From contig CALLAT010000009.1 of the NCBI GenBank assembly GCA_938002085.1, positions 75,450 through 139,449 on the forward strand: a stretch of DNA of 64,000 nt, given 5' to 3'. Origin of the DNA: an uncultured Pseudanabaenaceae cyanobacterium (lineage in GTDB: Bacteria; Cyanobacteriota; Cyanobacteriia; PCC-9006; JAAUQQ01). The notes beneath the pieces are model-generated. The model saw only the letters and a program-made list of their open reading frames with translations. It did not search any database and had not been told where the DNA came from. Positions 62,830 through 64,000 of this stretch are shown here, piece by piece. The position numbers were made by a program, and so were the translations under genes. Position 1 is the first letter of the stretch, and each line of letters starts with the position of its first letter.

Positions 62830-63711
62830 CTATTTCCGCGTGACAGTGACTGCTAGGGCTGCTTCTTGGGGCTGGGGAGCATCGCTGCCGATGTCCCAGG
62901 TTGCGGATTCTAGGGTGATCTCATCGACCTGGGATTCGATGCCGTAGCTCTGTTGAAAGGCGCGGGTTTCGCCAGGGGCGAGTTGGCTTTGGCTCAGGGC
63001 CAGGGGGGCTTGGAAGTGCCCGGCAGCATTACCGTCACGGTGGCTGTAGGTGAGGGCGATCGCGGATATGGGCTGCTGAGTTCGGTTGGTTATGCAACCG
63101 GTTAGTAAATCCTCTCCATTTCTGGATTCGATTTGGAGGTCGCTGAGCAAAATGTCAGCACTGCCGGGGGCTGCCACCTGGCAATCCGCCGGGCTCACGG
63201 CGGCACTGGCATTGCGTTCCTGGGGGGAGCGTCGATGGGCCAAACCGGTCTCTGGGAGACGCTCTGCCATGGCTAGGCTGGGGACTGAGCCCTCTGCACT
63301 GGCGCGTCGCACTTGGCCTAGGGCACCATTCAAACGTTTTTCGTAGTCGATGATCTTGGCCCGAGCCGAACTGTACATGGGGCTGCCCTGGGGGATGGCC
63401 TTGAGGAAGTTCAGGGCTCGCTCCCAGCTCATGGCGGCTCGTTCCCAGTCGCGGGGAGTGCGAGCCCGATCTGCGGCATGTTGAGCATCGCCACCCAATG
63501 CCACTGCTGCGTTGTAGAGCGCATTGGGGTCGGGGAGGGTCGCTGCTTCTACTGCTGCGGTTTCTCCGATGATGGCTCCATAGCCTAGACCTAAGTTTTT
63601 AGAGTCCCCTTCCTTGACATGACTCGATAATTTTGTTTCTTCACAACCACTCAGCAGAAAGATGAGTGACCCCGATGCGATCGGCACCAAACGACGAAGG
63701 TTTAGCGTCAT
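62830..63711 (-). CDS. Hypothetical lipoprotein (293 aa)
   Basis: Signal peptide with lipobox LLSGC. No further recognisable domain. Confidence 0.5.
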   Translation of the reverse strand: MTLNLRRLVPIASGSLIFLLSGCEETKLSSHVKEGDSKNLGLGYGAIIGETAAVEAATLPDPNALYNAAVALGGDAQHAADRARTPRDWERAAMSWERALNFLKAIPQGSPMYSSARAKIIDYEKRLNGALGQVRRASAEGSVPSLAMAERLPETGLAHRRSPQERNASAAVSPADCQVAAPGSADILLSDLQIESRNGEDLLTGCITNRTQQPISAIALTYSHRDGNAAGHFQAPLALSQSQLAPGETRAFQQSYGIESQVDEITLESATWDIGSDAPQPQEAALAVTVTRK

Positions 63712-64000
63712 AGATTTATTTGTAAGCGAAGCGAAGTTGGGAACATCTACAGGCTGCGAGGGGAGGGGGAAACCGCAGGGCTATAGCGTGGTTGACTGGC
63801 TCTAACCACGTAATCTTCAATGTTCCCTGGTATTCCGCAAAAAACGCAGACTTGTCCCAGCAACAAACCTTGCCTGGATAGAAAAATGTCGATTCCTAAG
63901 ATGAGAGTAATGCAATCGTGGAATTCACCGATTTTGAATCTGAATCTTATTTCATTTAAGTGTGGTTTAGGCCAGGAATAATCATAGGAAGAGAAATGCC

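Overview
This window looks like a cyanobacterial chromosome segment. The evidence is that the HIP1 octamer GCGATCGC recurs throughout, psaC is present, and there is a dnaK3/dnaJ-type chaperone pair. GC content is about 55%, with two clearly AT-richer blocks. The 5' third carries housekeeping and stress genes: a truncated 2-Cys peroxiredoxin, tRNA-Ser(GGA), DnaK with an unusual Gly/Tyr/Gln/Asn-rich tail, a J-domain protein, a Fur-family (PerR-like) regulator divergent from a type II peroxiredoxin, and a thioredoxin-reductase-like flavoprotein. This third also holds an M48 metallopeptidase, a DevBCA-type tripartite ABC exporter, a sigma-70-like protein, a TPR protein and a multi-PAS histidine kinase. 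The centre (about 18.5-40.8 kb, all on the minus strand) is a roughly 22-kb polysaccharide/O-antigen-type biosynthesis cluster of the ABC-transporter-dependent (Wzm/Wzt) kind. It holds multiple GT4 and GT2 glycosyltransferases, a WbdA-like tandem GT4, four SAM-methyltransferases (one fused to a long coiled coil, WbdD-like but with inverted domain order), GDP-mannose 4,6-dehydratase and a second MsbA-like ABC exporter. Inside it is a low-GC sub-island encoding a three-component periplasmic glycosylation module: a GT2 polyprenol-phosphate sugar synthase, an ArnE-like small flippase, and a large polytopic GT-C-like membrane protein plus an LPG-synthase-TM-like protein. glmS follows the cluster. 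The 3' third carries psaC, acpP-fabF, tkt, a CDF transporter, several hypotheticals, a YhcG-like PDDEXK nuclease and aspS. A decayed duplicate of the aspS 3' end brackets a small inserted ORF. The remainder is a GNAT acetyltransferase, two paralogous PEP-CTERM proteins with conserved flanks, a SulP anion transporter, a (GCCATT)n microsatellite with an 18-bp inverted-repeat pair, ferredoxin-sulfite reductase and a lipoprotein. No CRISPR array, transposase or integrase was recognised.
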